From assembly GCA_965215345.1 (NCBI GenBank), contig CBDCDL010000001.1, positions 448,251-512,250 of the forward strand: a stretch of 64,000 bases of DNA. The letters run 5' to 3'. This DNA comes from Spirochaetia bacterium (GTDB taxonomy: Bacteria; Spirochaetota; Spirochaetia; SZUA-6; Bin103). Both the position numbers and the translations under genes were made by a program. The notes below the pieces were generated by a model that saw only the letters and a list, made by a program, of their open reading frames with translations, searched no databases and was not told the DNA's origin. Below are positions 1 through 11,088 of the stretch, piece after piece. Each line of letters begins with the position of its first letter. The stretch's first letter is position 1.

Positions 1-441
<441 letters not shown>

Positions 442-449
442 CCCCACCG

Positions 450-1517
450 ATGAACGTCCGGGCCGCGGCCGTCGAGCCGGCCCATGCCCCGCAGCTCGAC
501 GAGTTGCGGGCGCAGGTGCTCGAAGGGCTGCGTCAGGAGCAGAAGTGGCTCCCGTGCCGGCTGTTCTACGACGAGCGTGGCTCCGCGCTGTTCGAGAGGA
601 TCACCTGCCTTGAGGAGTACTATCCCACGCGCACCGAGCACGCCATCATGGCCGCGGCCGCGTCGGAGATGGCGCGGCTCATCGGCTCCGGTTGCGTCCT
701 CATCGAGTACGGCAGCGGCAGCAGCACCAAGACCCGCGCGCTGCTCGATCATCTGCTCGCCCCGGCGGCGTACGTGCCCATCGACGTGAGCCGTGCTCAG
801 CTCGAAGCCGCCGCCGCCGGGATACGCGACCGCTACCCCGCGCTGGAGGTGGCGCCGTTGTGCGCCGACTACAACGGCAGCGTGCGCCTGCCGTCGGCCG
901 CCGCGCGCGGTCCCCGGGTCGCCTACTTTCCGGGCTCCACCATCGGCAACTTCACCATGGACGAGGCGGTGCCGTTCCTGCACGGCATAGCGCGCACCGT
1001 CGGGCCGGGCGGCTGCCTGCTCATCGGCGTGGACCTGCAAAAGGACCGAGCCGTGCTCGAAGCGGCCTACGATGATCGGCAGGGGGTGACGGCGGCGTTC
1101 AACCTCAACGCGCTCCGCCATCTCAACCGCGTCCTGGATGCCGGCTTCGATCCGGCCACCTTCACGCACCACGCCTTCTACCACCCGGCGCGCGGCCGCA
1201 TCGAGATGCACCTGGTCAGCACGACGGCGCAGACGGTGGAGGTGGCGGGCGAGCGGTTCCGGTTCGCCGCCGGCGAGACCATCCTCACCGAGGTCTCCTA
1301 CAAGTTCACCCTGGACGGCTTCGCGCTGCTGGCGGCGGCGTCGGGGTTCGAGGTGGTGGCCGTCTGGACCGACCCGCGGCAGTTGTTCAGCGTGCAGTTG
1401 CTCCACGCCGGTCCGGCGCCGGCCGGAGCGCGCGTTCCCATCGACGTTCGCGCCGTGCATCGCGTCGCCCGGGGCGATGGAACCGGGATAACGGAGGTGG
1501 GCGCATGCGCGCCTTGA
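450..1517 (+). CDS. egtD: L-histidine N-alpha-methyltransferase EgtD
   Basis: The translation LPCRLFYDERGSALFERITCLEEYYPTRTE...IEYGSGSSTKTRALLD matches the EgtD SAM-methyltransferase family. It lies immediately downstream of egtB. Confidence 0.85.
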   Translation: MNVRAAAVEPAHAPQLDELRAQVLEGLRQEQKWLPCRLFYDERGSALFERITCLEEYYPTRTEHAIMAAAASEMARLIGSGCVLIEYGSGSSTKTRALLDHLLAPAAYVPIDVSRAQLEAAAAGIRDRYPALEVAPLCADYNGSVRLPSAAARGPRVAYFPGSTIGNFTMDEAVPFLHGIARTVGPGGCLLIGVDLQKDRAVLEAAYDDRQGVTAAFNLNALRHLNRVLDAGFDPATFTHHAFYHPARGRIEMHLVSTTAQTVEVAGERFRFAAGETILTEVSYKFTLDGFALLAAASGFEVVAVWTDPRQLFSVQLLHAGPAPAGARVPIDVRAVHRVARGDGTGITEVGACAP

Positions 1518-1552
1518 ACCGCGCCGCCCCACTGGCGGTCTGAGCCGCTTCG

Positions 1553-2329
1553 CTACAGGCCGCCGCCGACTCCCACGAGCAGGCTGAGGCTGAATGACCA
1601 GGGCGTGAGCTTGGGCTTGCTGCCCTCCAGCACCGGGGCGCCGTCGAGCAGGCCGGCGCCGCCGAACAGCCGGTACGTCGGCTCCAGGGGAGCGTAGGCG
1701 ACCCCGGCGATCAGGCCGGCGTGCACGCCCCATGGGTCGCCGGGCGGCAGCACGGCCAGCTCGAAGCCGGCCGATGCCCTGAGCACCAGCGTGTTCGTGC
1801 TGACCGAGAACACGTTGGGACTGCCGTCCAACGAAACCACCTCGTCGAATCCGCCAGGTCTGTCCGGGTATCCGCGCAGCCCCACCGTCTGTACGCCCGC
1901 ACCGGCGGTAACGAAGCCGATCGCCGCCGGCAGTTTGAGCGGAGCGTAGCCGACCTGCAGGGACAGCGCGTCGCTGGACAGCTCCACGGACCGGCTGTTC
2001 CGTGTGCTTGCGGTCCCCGCGTGGCTGCTCTCGAGCATCGCGACGAACTGCCCGTAGGTGACCAGGGCTCCCCAGCCGTGCGAGAAGCTGTTGCGGTCCG
2101 GATCCCGGCTCTGTTCCAGGCGTTCGAGAAGGCTCGGATACTCTTCATCGAACCCCAGATGGGTCCAGCCGGCGCTGTAGTAGGTGAGCATGGTCAGGTC
2201 CGGTGGCCCGTAGAAGGCCGCGAGCAGGTCCTGTTGCGGGTTGTCCTGCGCGACGGCAAGCCCCGATACGCTCAGCGACACGACTGCCGCTGCCAACCAT
2301 GCGAATCGCCTGTGCGTCGTCCTTCGCAT
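1553..2329 (-). CDS. Secreted hypothetical protein (N-terminal signal peptide)
   Basis: Begins MRRTTHRRFAWLAAAVVSLSVSGLAVAQD, a signal-peptide-like N-terminus. Composition is protein-like. The ATG sits 258 codons upstream of the stop. Confidence 0.5.
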   Translation of the reverse strand: MRRTTHRRFAWLAAAVVSLSVSGLAVAQDNPQQDLLAAFYGPPDLTMLTYYSAGWTHLGFDEEYPSLLERLEQSRDPDRNSFSHGWGALVTYGQFVAMLESSHAGTASTRNSRSVELSSDALSLQVGYAPLKLPAAIGFVTAGAGVQTVGLRGYPDRPGGFDEVVSLDGSPNVFSVSTNTLVLRASAGFELAVLPPGDPWGVHAGLIAGVAYAPLEPTYRLFGGAGLLDGAPVLEGSKPKLTPWSFSLSLLVGVGGGL

Positions 2330-2451
2330 GTCGTTCCCCTCCACGCCCGGCAGGCACGGATGCCCGCCGGACAGGCGGAGTGTACTACGTATGCCGCCGC
2401 TGTCGGTATCCGCGTATCCGCGTCTGAGCGCTCCTCGCCCAGGACCGTCGC

Positions 2452-3048
2452 CTACGGCTCGGCTCTTGGCCCATCCCGACCGGGCTCCGCGGAATCTGGC
2501 GGGTCTGCCGCTGCCGCGCCGGATTCGCCGGATTCCTTGAGCCAGAAGCGCAGCATCATGAGCGCCGCCACCGAAAGCGCGACCACGCTCAGGCCTCCGA
2601 TCCAGAAGATCGCCGGCGCCGTCCGGTCCGCCAGACGCGGCGCGTACCCCACGCCCAGCACGGCCACCACGAAGCCGGCGATCACCGCGCCGACGCCCAC
2701 CCTTGTCAGATAGGCGCGCCTGACCGCGTAGCGGCGGCCGGCGGCGCGGCCGCGCAGGATGGTCAGATGGTCGTAGGACGCCTCCATGATCATCAACAGC
2801 CCCAGCCCGTACGCCAGGCCGGGCCATACCTGCACCGGTGTGCCGGCGGTCACCAGCGCCCCGGCGTGCGCCACCAGCAGCGCGAACACGCCGGCGGTGA
2901 CGAAGCCGGAGCGGTGCTGCTGGGCGCCGTAGACGACCGCCGCCACGCCTGCCAGCGACGCCAACACGGTGCCGATGGTGATGCCCGCCAGCGCCAAGTT
3001 CCACGCGCCCAGGACCAGCGGCAGCCCGAGCAGGACGAGCCGAGTCAT
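2452..3048 (-). CDS. Integral membrane protein (multi-TM), last gene of the MoxR/DUF58 operon
   Basis: Hydrophobic helices (LVLLGLPLVLGAWNLALAGITIGTVLASLAGVAAVVYG...). Its start ATG overlaps the stop of the DUF58 gene (ATGA). Confidence 0.55.
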   Translation of the reverse strand: MTRLVLLGLPLVLGAWNLALAGITIGTVLASLAGVAAVVYGAQQHRSGFVTAGVFALLVAHAGALVTAGTPVQVWPGLAYGLGLLMIMEASYDHLTILRGRAAGRRYAVRRAYLTRVGVGAVIAGFVVAVLGVGYAPRLADRTAPAIFWIGGLSVVALSVAALMMLRFWLKESGESGAAAADPPDSAEPGRDGPRAEP

Positions 3049-4322
3049 TGCAGCAGCAGCCGGCGGCGGCGCAACGCGTCGATGCGGGCGGCAAGGAGCT
3101 CGACCGGCTCGTCGGGCTCCAGGCGGATGATGGGCACGCCGACCTCGGCAAGCTGGCGCGAGGCGGTGTCGGTCTCCATGCGCCACAGCGTCACCGCCGC
3201 GGCTTCACTCGGTGTGGCGCCGTACACGGGTGCCAGCGCCAGCGCGGGGTTGATCACCACGGCGGCCACGTCATAGCGGCGGCTGGCCAGGTTGAGCAGC
3301 GTGTCGGTGAAGCGCACGTCGATCAGAGGTGTAAAGGCGGCGATCAGCGCCTGTGCGGGCAGGATCTGCCGCGGCACCTTGGTGATGTCGCGGTCGACGT
3401 CGCTCTCGCGGGCGCGCACGTCGGTGAGGAACTCCAGGATCCGGTACTGCTGGCGGGTCCCCAGGTTGGGGCTCACCCAGCGCAGCAGGCCGGACAGCTC
3501 GATGCAGCCGACGCGGTTGTTGCCGGTCAGGAAGTAGCGCGCCAGCGCGGCGACGATGCGGGTCGCCTGGTCGAGCACCGTGGAGCCGAACGCCCCGGCG
3601 TCCTCGAATGCATCCAGCAGCAGCACGATGTCGGCGTTGCGCTCGCGCGTGTACTCGTTGACGTACATGCGGCCGTTGCGCTGCGTGGCGCGCCAGTTCA
3701 CGGTGCGCAGCCGGTCGCCCGGCACGTACTCGCGCATGCTGGCGAACTCCAGGCCCTCGGAGGCTTCGCGCGAGGGGTAGTTGCCGACGTTCACCTGCGT
3801 GTGGAACGGCCGGATCGGGCGGCTGACCGAGTCGACCCGCGGGTAGGCGGTGCAGATCTTGGGGTCGCTCCACTCCGCCTCCCACATGATCATGCCGGAG
3901 CCCGTGTAGGCGCGGTGGAACAGCCGCCCCTGCGTGAAACGGGCCCGCCGGTCGATACGCAGGCGGTAGCGGCAGGTCTCGGTCTGACCGGGGCCCAGCG
4001 ACACGATCACGCCGTTGCGGCCGGAGACCAGCGAGGCGCCGGCCGGCAGCGGATCGATCACCTCCGCGATTGGCACCGCGGTGCCGGCGTGGACGGTGAA
4101 CTCGACGTCCACCTCGTCCCCCTCGAACAGCGTCAGCCGGGAGATGCTGTGGCTGAAGCGCAGGCGCGGCTGGCGGTCGCCGAGCAGCGCGGCGACGATC
4201 GCCACGGCGAACGTGGCGCCGATCATCACCAGCTCGATGCGCCGCAGCAGCGCCGCGAACACCAGGCTGACCAGGGTCAGCGCCAAGTAGGCGACGAAGC
4301 GGGAACCGAAGTGCTTGGTCAC
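3045..4322 (-). CDS. DUF58 domain protein (MoxR-associated, vWA-like)
   Basis: Carries the DUF58 signature block ...NVGNYPSREASEGLEFASMREYVPGDRLRTVNWRATQRNGRMYVNEYTRERNADIVLLLD. It follows a MoxR ATPase gene. Confidence 0.75.
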   Translation of the reverse strand: MTKHFGSRFVAYLALTLVSLVFAALLRRIELVMIGATFAVAIVAALLGDRQPRLRFSHSISRLTLFEGDEVDVEFTVHAGTAVPIAEVIDPLPAGASLVSGRNGVIVSLGPGQTETCRYRLRIDRRARFTQGRLFHRAYTGSGMIMWEAEWSDPKICTAYPRVDSVSRPIRPFHTQVNVGNYPSREASEGLEFASMREYVPGDRLRTVNWRATQRNGRMYVNEYTRERNADIVLLLDAFEDAGAFGSTVLDQATRIVAALARYFLTGNNRVGCIELSGLLRWVSPNLGTRQQYRILEFLTDVRARESDVDRDITKVPRQILPAQALIAAFTPLIDVRFTDTLLNLASRRYDVAAVVINPALALAPVYGATPSEAAAVTLWRMETDTASRQLAEVGVPIIRLEPDEPVELLAARIDALRRRRLLLQ

Positions 4323-4329
4323 GCCTTGT

Positions 4330-4386
4330 CCCTGGTCACGCTTCGGCCCTGGTCACGCTTCGGCCCTGGTCACGCTTCGGCCCTGG

Positions 4387-4397
<11 letters not shown>
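4330..4397. repeat. Intergenic tandem repeat, ~4 copies of a 17-bp unit (cctggtcacgcttcggc) between the DUF58 stop and the MoxR stop/start region
   Basis: Direct reading of the sequence. Confidence 0.7.
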
Positions 4398-5385
<988 letters not shown>

Positions 5386-5400
5386 TCCGTCACTCCTGTA

Positions 5401-5985
5401 TCAGGTGATGTCGCCCGCGTCCGCCCGTTCCAGCTCCTGCACCACGCCGGCGAGCTGCGCAAGCGGGACACCCCGGCGTATCAGCCGTTCCGGCAGCCGA
5501 TCGGCCAGCTTGTCGCCGGGCCGCCCGAGCGCTTCGATGCGGTCGAGGATGCGACGGCTATCGGCGGTACTCACCAGCCCGGACGCGACCGCCGCCAGCC
5601 GGGGCAGGAACACGCGCCGGTAGTACCGCGTGCTGGTCTGCGAAAGCTCGATCTCCGCGGTGATCTTCGTCAACGGCGTCGGCACCGCGGGCTGCCCGCG
5701 CCGGGCGGCCTGCTCGCTCAGCACCCGTTCCAATCGGGGGGCTTCGTGGAACGCCAACTCGCTCTGCACCGAGCTCACGGCCACCACGGCGGCCAGCGAC
5801 GCGACCGTGGCGCCGATCGCGAGCATCACCTCGTCCAGGTCCTGCACGCCGGACGTGAACGTGACCAGCAGGACCAGGCCGGCGGTAAGCGCCGCCAGGC
5901 CGATCGTGCTCAACAGGCGCCGCGTCCGGCTGCGTCCGGTCTTGCGAACGCGGTACGCCGACGGCCCCCAGGTGGAACTGCTCAT
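5401..5985 (-). CDS. Hypothetical membrane protein (DUF4129/DUF4350-like MoxR-operon accessory)
   Basis: One TM segment (LLSTIGLAALTAGLVLLVTF). It sits directly upstream of moxR on the same strand. Confidence 0.45.
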   Translation of the reverse strand: MSSSTWGPSAYRVRKTGRSRTRRLLSTIGLAALTAGLVLLVTFTSGVQDLDEVMLAIGATVASLAAVVAVSSVQSELAFHEAPRLERVLSEQAARRGQPAVPTPLTKITAEIELSQTSTRYYRRVFLPRLAAVASGLVSTADSRRILDRIEALGRPGDKLADRLPERLIRRGVPLAQLAGVVQELERADAGDIT

Positions 5986-6138
5986 CTGACCAGGATCATA
6001 CCACTGCAGCCAGCCACCGGTGAACCCTGCGGTACGGCGCCTGGCACACGACGCCGCCTCTTGTCAGAAAGACAAGAGACATCTTCAATGCCTAAATACC
6101 AGCACTAACCGACGAATGCCTTCTGGCAAGGAATGACG

Positions 6139-6600
6139 CTACTGCAGTATGGATTCGAGCAACGTGTTGACCACGGAGTCTGAGTCTGTTGTGAACTCCC
6201 CACTGGTTTCCTCGGCGCCATCACCCTCGCCGCAGGATGTCAACAAATATCGAACTGGCGTGCCTTCGGGAGGAATAACCAACATCAGCTCCTTACCGCT
6301 TACACGATCCCATTCCAACTCTATACCACCGTCGGCCATGGGAGCAACGAAGGGTTCGCCCGCCTGGGAAAAGATGTGTCTATCTATCGCGACCAATATG
6401 CGGGTGCATTTCCTTACTGAGGAGCGAGCAATAGCTACAGAGCCGTAGCCATCCCAGTCGGGCTTCAGGTCAGCCAGGAGCTTCAACCGTTCTGCAAGTT
6501 CAGGGTGAGACCTTCGTAGAGACGATCTATCGTGGAAAGGTTCGAACAAGGAGAAAGGTTCGAGCAAGGAGTCTACAGCGTTCTTTCGGAAGACGTTCAA
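6139..6600 (-). CDS. Orphan hypothetical protein in a lower-GC islet
   Basis: A 153-aa ORF with protein-like composition and no recognisable motif. Local GC is clearly lower than the flanks. Confidence 0.4.
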   Translation of the reverse strand: MNVFRKNAVDSLLEPFSLFEPFHDRSSLRRSHPELAERLKLLADLKPDWDGYGSVAIARSSVRKCTRILVAIDRHIFSQAGEPFVAPMADGGIELEWDRVSGKELMLVIPPEGTPVRYLLTSCGEGDGAEETSGEFTTDSDSVVNTLLESILQ

Positions 6601-6907
6601 GATAATTCGTCTCTGATCTTGTGCGCCTGCTTCGACAGACTCCCAAGTGCCGTGAGGTCAGGAGTGTATGCATAGTATATGTGTGTTGGCAACCATGGGC
6701 ATAGGAAGGCATGGGACGTGGGCGACAGGATGTAGTCGAGAGTTTCGACCGTCGTGGAGCAGTGGGGCCGCGCCGCAGGAGGAAGGAGGTGGGAGGAGCC
6801 CGGAAAGGCGGGTGCAGGCTCGGCGGTCGGGAGCTGGATGATGATGAGGTGGTTGAGCTCTCGGGGACTGTTGAGCGGCGTCGCTCATCGAGCGTGACCG
6901 CAGGAGG

Positions 6908-8482
6908 TTGTCGCCGGAAGGGACAACCTCCTATGGTCAGCACATGACTGACGGCCTGACGGGCATCGGCGCGCACGCATTCCGGCCCGGCGAGTGGCGG
7001 GACGAAGGACAGGGGCGGGAGACGCTGCGCACCCGCGAAGCGCGCGCCGCGTGGAACCCGCTGATCGATTGGGAGGAAGTCCATCCGGGCAACCGGGGGG
7101 TCACCCGCGACGGCCGCTACGAGCTGTTCGACGCGCCGGTCGGAGTGCGCCTGGCGGTGGAGCCGGCCTGCAAGTCGGCGGCGCTGATCCGCTCCGACCC
7201 CGCGGTGGAAGGCGGCGGCGGGCTGCACAACGTGCTCGCCTGGCACGACGGCGACTACCACATCCTGTACGGCTCCTTCCCGCCGGACGGCAGTTCCGCG
7301 CTGCGGTACGCGCGCTCGGCCGACGGCTATCGCTTCGAGAAGACGCCGGTGGGCGGCAGGGCCGACAACGTCACCGGCGGGCCGGCCCACTGCGGGATGT
7401 TCATCGACCCGACCGCCGGGCCGGCCGAGCGCTTCAAGGCGATGCGGATGGCCGGCGGCTACTTCGATCCCGACACGAACGAGCTGCTGCCGTCAGGCGA
7501 GTGGCAGAAACGCATGGCGGCGGCCGACTACGCGGGCGCCGGCTACGACGGCCCGCGCATCGTCAACCGCAACTGGCTGGAGGGGTGGACCTCTCCGGAC
7601 GGACTGCAGTGGACGGTGATCGACGAGCCGCTGGCCGACATGCCGGCCGACGGCGGCATCGCTCCGGGTTACGACGCGGCGACCGGCTGCTACTTCGCCT
7701 TCGTGCGTCCCGGCGGCACCGGCCGCCGCAGCATCGGCATCACCAAGACGGCCGACTTCCGCCGCTGGCCGCTGTCGCGGCTGGTGCTCACCGCCGATCC
7801 GCAGGACCCGCCGGACACCTCGTTCTACGGCATGTACTACTTCCCCTATCCCGGCCGGGACGACCTGCACGTGGGCGCGGTGCAGGTCTACCACCAGATC
7901 GGCGACGACGGCGACGCGCAGCTCGCCTTCAGCCGCGACGGCCTGTACTGGACGCGGCCCGAGCGCCGCCCGGCCATCCCGGTGGGGCCGCCCGGCAGCG
8001 ACGAGGCCGGCATCGCCTGGCCGTGGGGCGTCGGGCTGATCACCCTGCCGGACGGCTGGTGGGCGGTGCCCTACGACGCCGGCGCCTGGCTGCACAACGC
8101 CGGCGACACGATGCCGCGCGCCAACGGGGTCATCCGCTGGGCGCGCTGGCGCCCGCACCGGCTGGCCGGCATCGACGCGGCGACGGAGGGCCGCTTCACC
8201 ATCCCCACGATCACCCGCTCGGGCGGGCCGCTGCGCCTCAACTACCGCTGCCGGGCGGGCGGCTGGATCAGGGTCGAGCTGATCCGCTCGATCCCCTCCC
8301 GCCTGAACCCTGACGTGAGGGGACTCGACGGCTACACGTTCGAGGCGTGCGATCCCCTGACCGGCGACGAAGCCGACCGGGTGGTGACCTGGAACGGTCA
8401 GAGCGACCTGGACGCCGCCGGCTCCACCGTGGTGATCCGCATCAGGATGTTCGCCGCCACGCTGTTCGCTTACCGGGTATGA
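6908..8482 (+). CDS. Beta-propeller glycoside-hydrolase-like protein, paralog 1 (GH43/GH32/GH130-clan-like)
   Basis: Repeated S/T-x-DG-x-x-W blade motifs (SADGYRF, TSPDGLQWT, SRDGLYWT). It is paralogous to the genes at 8479, 23613 and 25120. The true start may be the ATG at 6944. Confidence 0.55.
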   Translation: MSPEGTTSYGQHMTDGLTGIGAHAFRPGEWRDEGQGRETLRTREARAAWNPLIDWEEVHPGNRGVTRDGRYELFDAPVGVRLAVEPACKSAALIRSDPAVEGGGGLHNVLAWHDGDYHILYGSFPPDGSSALRYARSADGYRFEKTPVGGRADNVTGGPAHCGMFIDPTAGPAERFKAMRMAGGYFDPDTNELLPSGEWQKRMAAADYAGAGYDGPRIVNRNWLEGWTSPDGLQWTVIDEPLADMPADGGIAPGYDAATGCYFAFVRPGGTGRRSIGITKTADFRRWPLSRLVLTADPQDPPDTSFYGMYYFPYPGRDDLHVGAVQVYHQIGDDGDAQLAFSRDGLYWTRPERRPAIPVGPPGSDEAGIAWPWGVGLITLPDGWWAVPYDAGAWLHNAGDTMPRANGVIRWARWRPHRLAGIDAATEGRFTIPTITRSGGPLRLNYRCRAGGWIRVELIRSIPSRLNPDVRGLDGYTFEACDPLTGDEADRVVTWNGQSDLDAAGSTVVIRIRMFAATLFAYRV

Positions 8483-9663
8483 GCCGCGCCCTGATTCGGC
8501 ACGACGCACCGGAAGCCGCGGAGCTCCTCGCGGACGATCCCGACCTGCAGCCGGCGCTGGCGCCGGGCGAGTTCGACGAGCGCTTCCTGGCGCTGCACCG
8601 GCAGCTCTTCCGCACCGACGAGCCGGACTTCTACGAGGTTACCACGCACGTCTTCCGCCCGCCCGCGCCGTACCACGTCGCCGATCACCAGTTCCTGTGG
8701 GACGGGAACCGCTGGCACCTGCTGTACGTGACCGGCGACATCAGCAGGATCGACGCCTACCGCCGGCACATGGAGGCGGGGCGTCTGGACGAGGCGGCGG
8801 CCCAGAGCCCGGAGGTCGGCATCGGCCATGCCAGGGGCGACGGCCTCGGCACGCTTGCCTTCCGCCGCAACCTGCTGCTGCCGTCGCAGGGCGCGTTCGA
8901 CAAGGTGACCCGCGGCGTGCCGTATTGCTTCCGCTACCAGGGACGCTGGGGGATGCTCTACGAGGTGCGCGGCGCGGGCGGCGACCACCAGAGCTTGGCG
9001 TGGTCGGACGACGTGGAGGATTGGACCCAGGACGCCGACAACCCCGCGTTCGGGCTGCCGTCGTGGGGGCCGAATCCGGGCGGCGCGGCGCAGGACGTCT
9101 GCGTGCTGCGCCGGCCCGGCGGGCTGTACCTGATCTTCTTCAAGTCGAAGGCGGGCGAGGGACAGGTCGCCGTCGGGCTCAACGCCACGCGCGACTTCCG
9201 CACCTTCGTGGAGTTGGGGCCGGTGTTCCGCTCGCCGCCGATGCTGCGCGGCACCATCGGCCTGGAGTCGCCGTGCGTGGTCGAGCGCGACGGCATGTGG
9301 CACCTGTTCTTCACGCTCGGGCCGGGGACGTGGCACGCGGTCAGCGACCGGCCGACCGGGTTCCTGCAGGGCGGCACCTACTGGCGGGTGGGCACCGGCA
9401 GCTACCTGCTCGGCCACTTCCACGCCGCCGAGGTGTTCGACCGCGACGGCCGCTGGTTCCTGTCGACCACGCGCAAGGAGCAGTCGCGGCTGGAGAACCG
9501 CCGGCAGGGGCGGCTCTGCTACCGGGGCACCTACGAGGACGAGATCGTCCTGGAGGAAGGGGTGTTCCTGAGCGAGATCGAGTGGGACGGCGATCAGCCG
9601 TTCGTGGCCAAGCCGGATCTGGCCAAGCCGGAAGTGGCCAAGCCGGAAGTGGGGGGAACATGA
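8479..9663 (+). CDS. Beta-propeller glycoside-hydrolase-like protein, paralog 2, with a C-terminal AKPEV pentapeptide repeat
   Basis: ATGA overlap with the upstream paralog. It has the same blade motifs. The C-terminus reads AKPDLAKPEVAKPEV, encoded by 15-bp repeats at 9607-9651. Confidence 0.55.
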   Translation: MSRALIRHDAPEAAELLADDPDLQPALAPGEFDERFLALHRQLFRTDEPDFYEVTTHVFRPPAPYHVADHQFLWDGNRWHLLYVTGDISRIDAYRRHMEAGRLDEAAAQSPEVGIGHARGDGLGTLAFRRNLLLPSQGAFDKVTRGVPYCFRYQGRWGMLYEVRGAGGDHQSLAWSDDVEDWTQDADNPAFGLPSWGPNPGGAAQDVCVLRRPGGLYLIFFKSKAGEGQVAVGLNATRDFRTFVELGPVFRSPPMLRGTIGLESPCVVERDGMWHLFFTLGPGTWHAVSDRPTGFLQGGTYWRVGTGSYLLGHFHAAEVFDRDGRWFLSTTRKEQSRLENRRQGRLCYRGTYEDEIVLEEGVFLSEIEWDGDQPFVAKPDLAKPEVAKPEVGGT

Positions 9664-10136
9664 GCACGGTGGCCACAGGCCTCTGGCACTTCAGCTACAC
9701 GGTCCGCGACCTGGACCGCAGCATCGACTTCTACTGCCGGCTGATCGGCATGGAGCTCGTCCACCGGCAACGGGGGGCCAACCCCTACACGGCGCGCCTG
9801 GTGGCGTACGCGGATGCGGACATCGACGTGGCGATGCTGCGCATCCCCAACTGTCCGGTGGACGTGAGCGGCCACCACCTGGAGCTGGTGCAGTACCTCC
9901 ACCCGGCGGGTGCGCCGATCGACACCGCCACCAACCGGCCGGGCGTGGCGCACCTGGCATTCATGGTCGACGACATCCACGCGATGTACGACCGGCTGGT
10001 CGCCGAGGGGGTGCGCTTCAAGGGCGAACCGGTGGCGATCGAGGAAGGTCGCAACAAGGGTGGCTTCGCCGTCTACTTCAACGACTTCGACGGCATCCCG
10101 CTGGAGTTGCTGCAGCCCCCGCCGAGCGCGCGGTGA
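9660..10136 (+). CDS. VOC (glyoxalase/bleomycin-resistance/dioxygenase) family protein
   Basis: ATGA overlap with the upstream gene. Blocks such as GLWHFSYTVRDLDRSIDFY...GVAHLAFMVDDIHAMYDRLVAEGVRF fit the vicinal oxygen chelate fold. Confidence 0.7.
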   Translation: MSTVATGLWHFSYTVRDLDRSIDFYCRLIGMELVHRQRGANPYTARLVAYADADIDVAMLRIPNCPVDVSGHHLELVQYLHPAGAPIDTATNRPGVAHLAFMVDDIHAMYDRLVAEGVRFKGEPVAIEEGRNKGGFAVYFNDFDGIPLELLQPPPSAR

Positions 10137-10307
10137 CTTCCCGCCTGCCGCGAGCCGCCCTGCTGGCCGCAGGCGTGGCGCTGTGGGCAGCGTCCCGCGG
10201 AACGGCAGCGGCAGCTTCTCGATCTGATCGGCCTGTGGGGTGGGATCATGCCGCCGGCGGCAGCCGGTGAATCGGCGGGCAGCCACCGGACGTGGTAGCC
10301 TTGTCCG

Positions 10308-10646
10308 GTGAATCTGGACAAGGCGAAGGCTATCTTTGCCCGTCACGCGGACCAGTTCATCACGGCCTACGTGTTCGGCTCGGTCGCTGACGGTACGGCC
10401 GACGAGCACAGCGACATCGACGTCATTCTGGTGCGCGATACCGGCCTGCCGTTCTTCGACCGCATTCGGGAGGTCATGGATCTTCGCCTGGAGTTCGGGG
10501 CGGCCGACCTCCTGATCTACACCCCTTCCGAGCTGGAGGAAATGCTTGCGGAGCAGGGCCGGCACTTCTTCAAGCACGCCGTCCGGACAGGATACCGAGT
10601 TGAGGGAACCCAGCAGAGAAGGCGATCGGTGGCTGAAGCAGGCTGA
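10308..10646 (+). CDS. Minimal nucleotidyltransferase (MNT/MntA-like antitoxin)
   Basis: The motif GSVADGTADEHSDIDVILV is the pol-beta-type NTase signature. It is paired with a downstream HEPN gene. Confidence 0.75.
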   Translation: MNLDKAKAIFARHADQFITAYVFGSVADGTADEHSDIDVILVRDTGLPFFDRIREVMDLRLEFGAADLLIYTPSELEEMLAEQGRHFFKHAVRTGYRVEGTQQRRRSVAEAG

Positions 10647-11028
10647 GAGCGATCTCGCGTACGCCGAGCTCGGACTGCGCGAAGGATTCTTCGCCCAGGC
10701 GTGCTTTCAGTGCCAACAGGTCTGCGAGAAAGCGATCAAGGCCGTTCGCTACGCACGCGGTGAGCGAGCCGTTCTCGGTCACGCGCTCGTCGAGCTTGCG
10801 GCTTCGCTTGAGGCGATGGAGGAGTTCCGCGAGAGCTTGGCGGTCCTCGACCAGTACTACGTGCCCACCAGGTATCCAAACGGACTCCCGGGCGGCATTC
10901 CCTCCGACGTCTACACCAGAGGCCAGGCAACGTCGGCCGTGGAATTCGCCCGGCACGTCGTTGCTGCGGTTCGCGCGGAACTGAGGTTCACTCCCGCGCA
11001 GGAAGATGACCAGGGCGTCGAAGCATAG
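10546..11028 (+). CDS. HEPN domain protein (HepT-like toxin partner of the upstream MNT)
   Basis: W-LKQAESDLAYAE at the N-terminus and YYVPTRYP in the C-terminal region are typical of HEPN. It overlaps the MNT gene, and the true start may be the TTG near 10600. Confidence 0.7.
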   Translation: MRSRAGTSSSTPSGQDTELREPSREGDRWLKQAESDLAYAELGLREGFFAQACFQCQQVCEKAIKAVRYARGERAVLGHALVELAASLEAMEEFRESLAVLDQYYVPTRYPNGLPGGIPSDVYTRGQATSAVEFARHVVAAVRAELRFTPAQEDDQGVEA

Positions 11029-11088
11029 CCACTGTGCGGGAAGGCGAGGCGAGCCGGTTCGGCGGGATGGCGGTCCGCCCGTGCGCTC

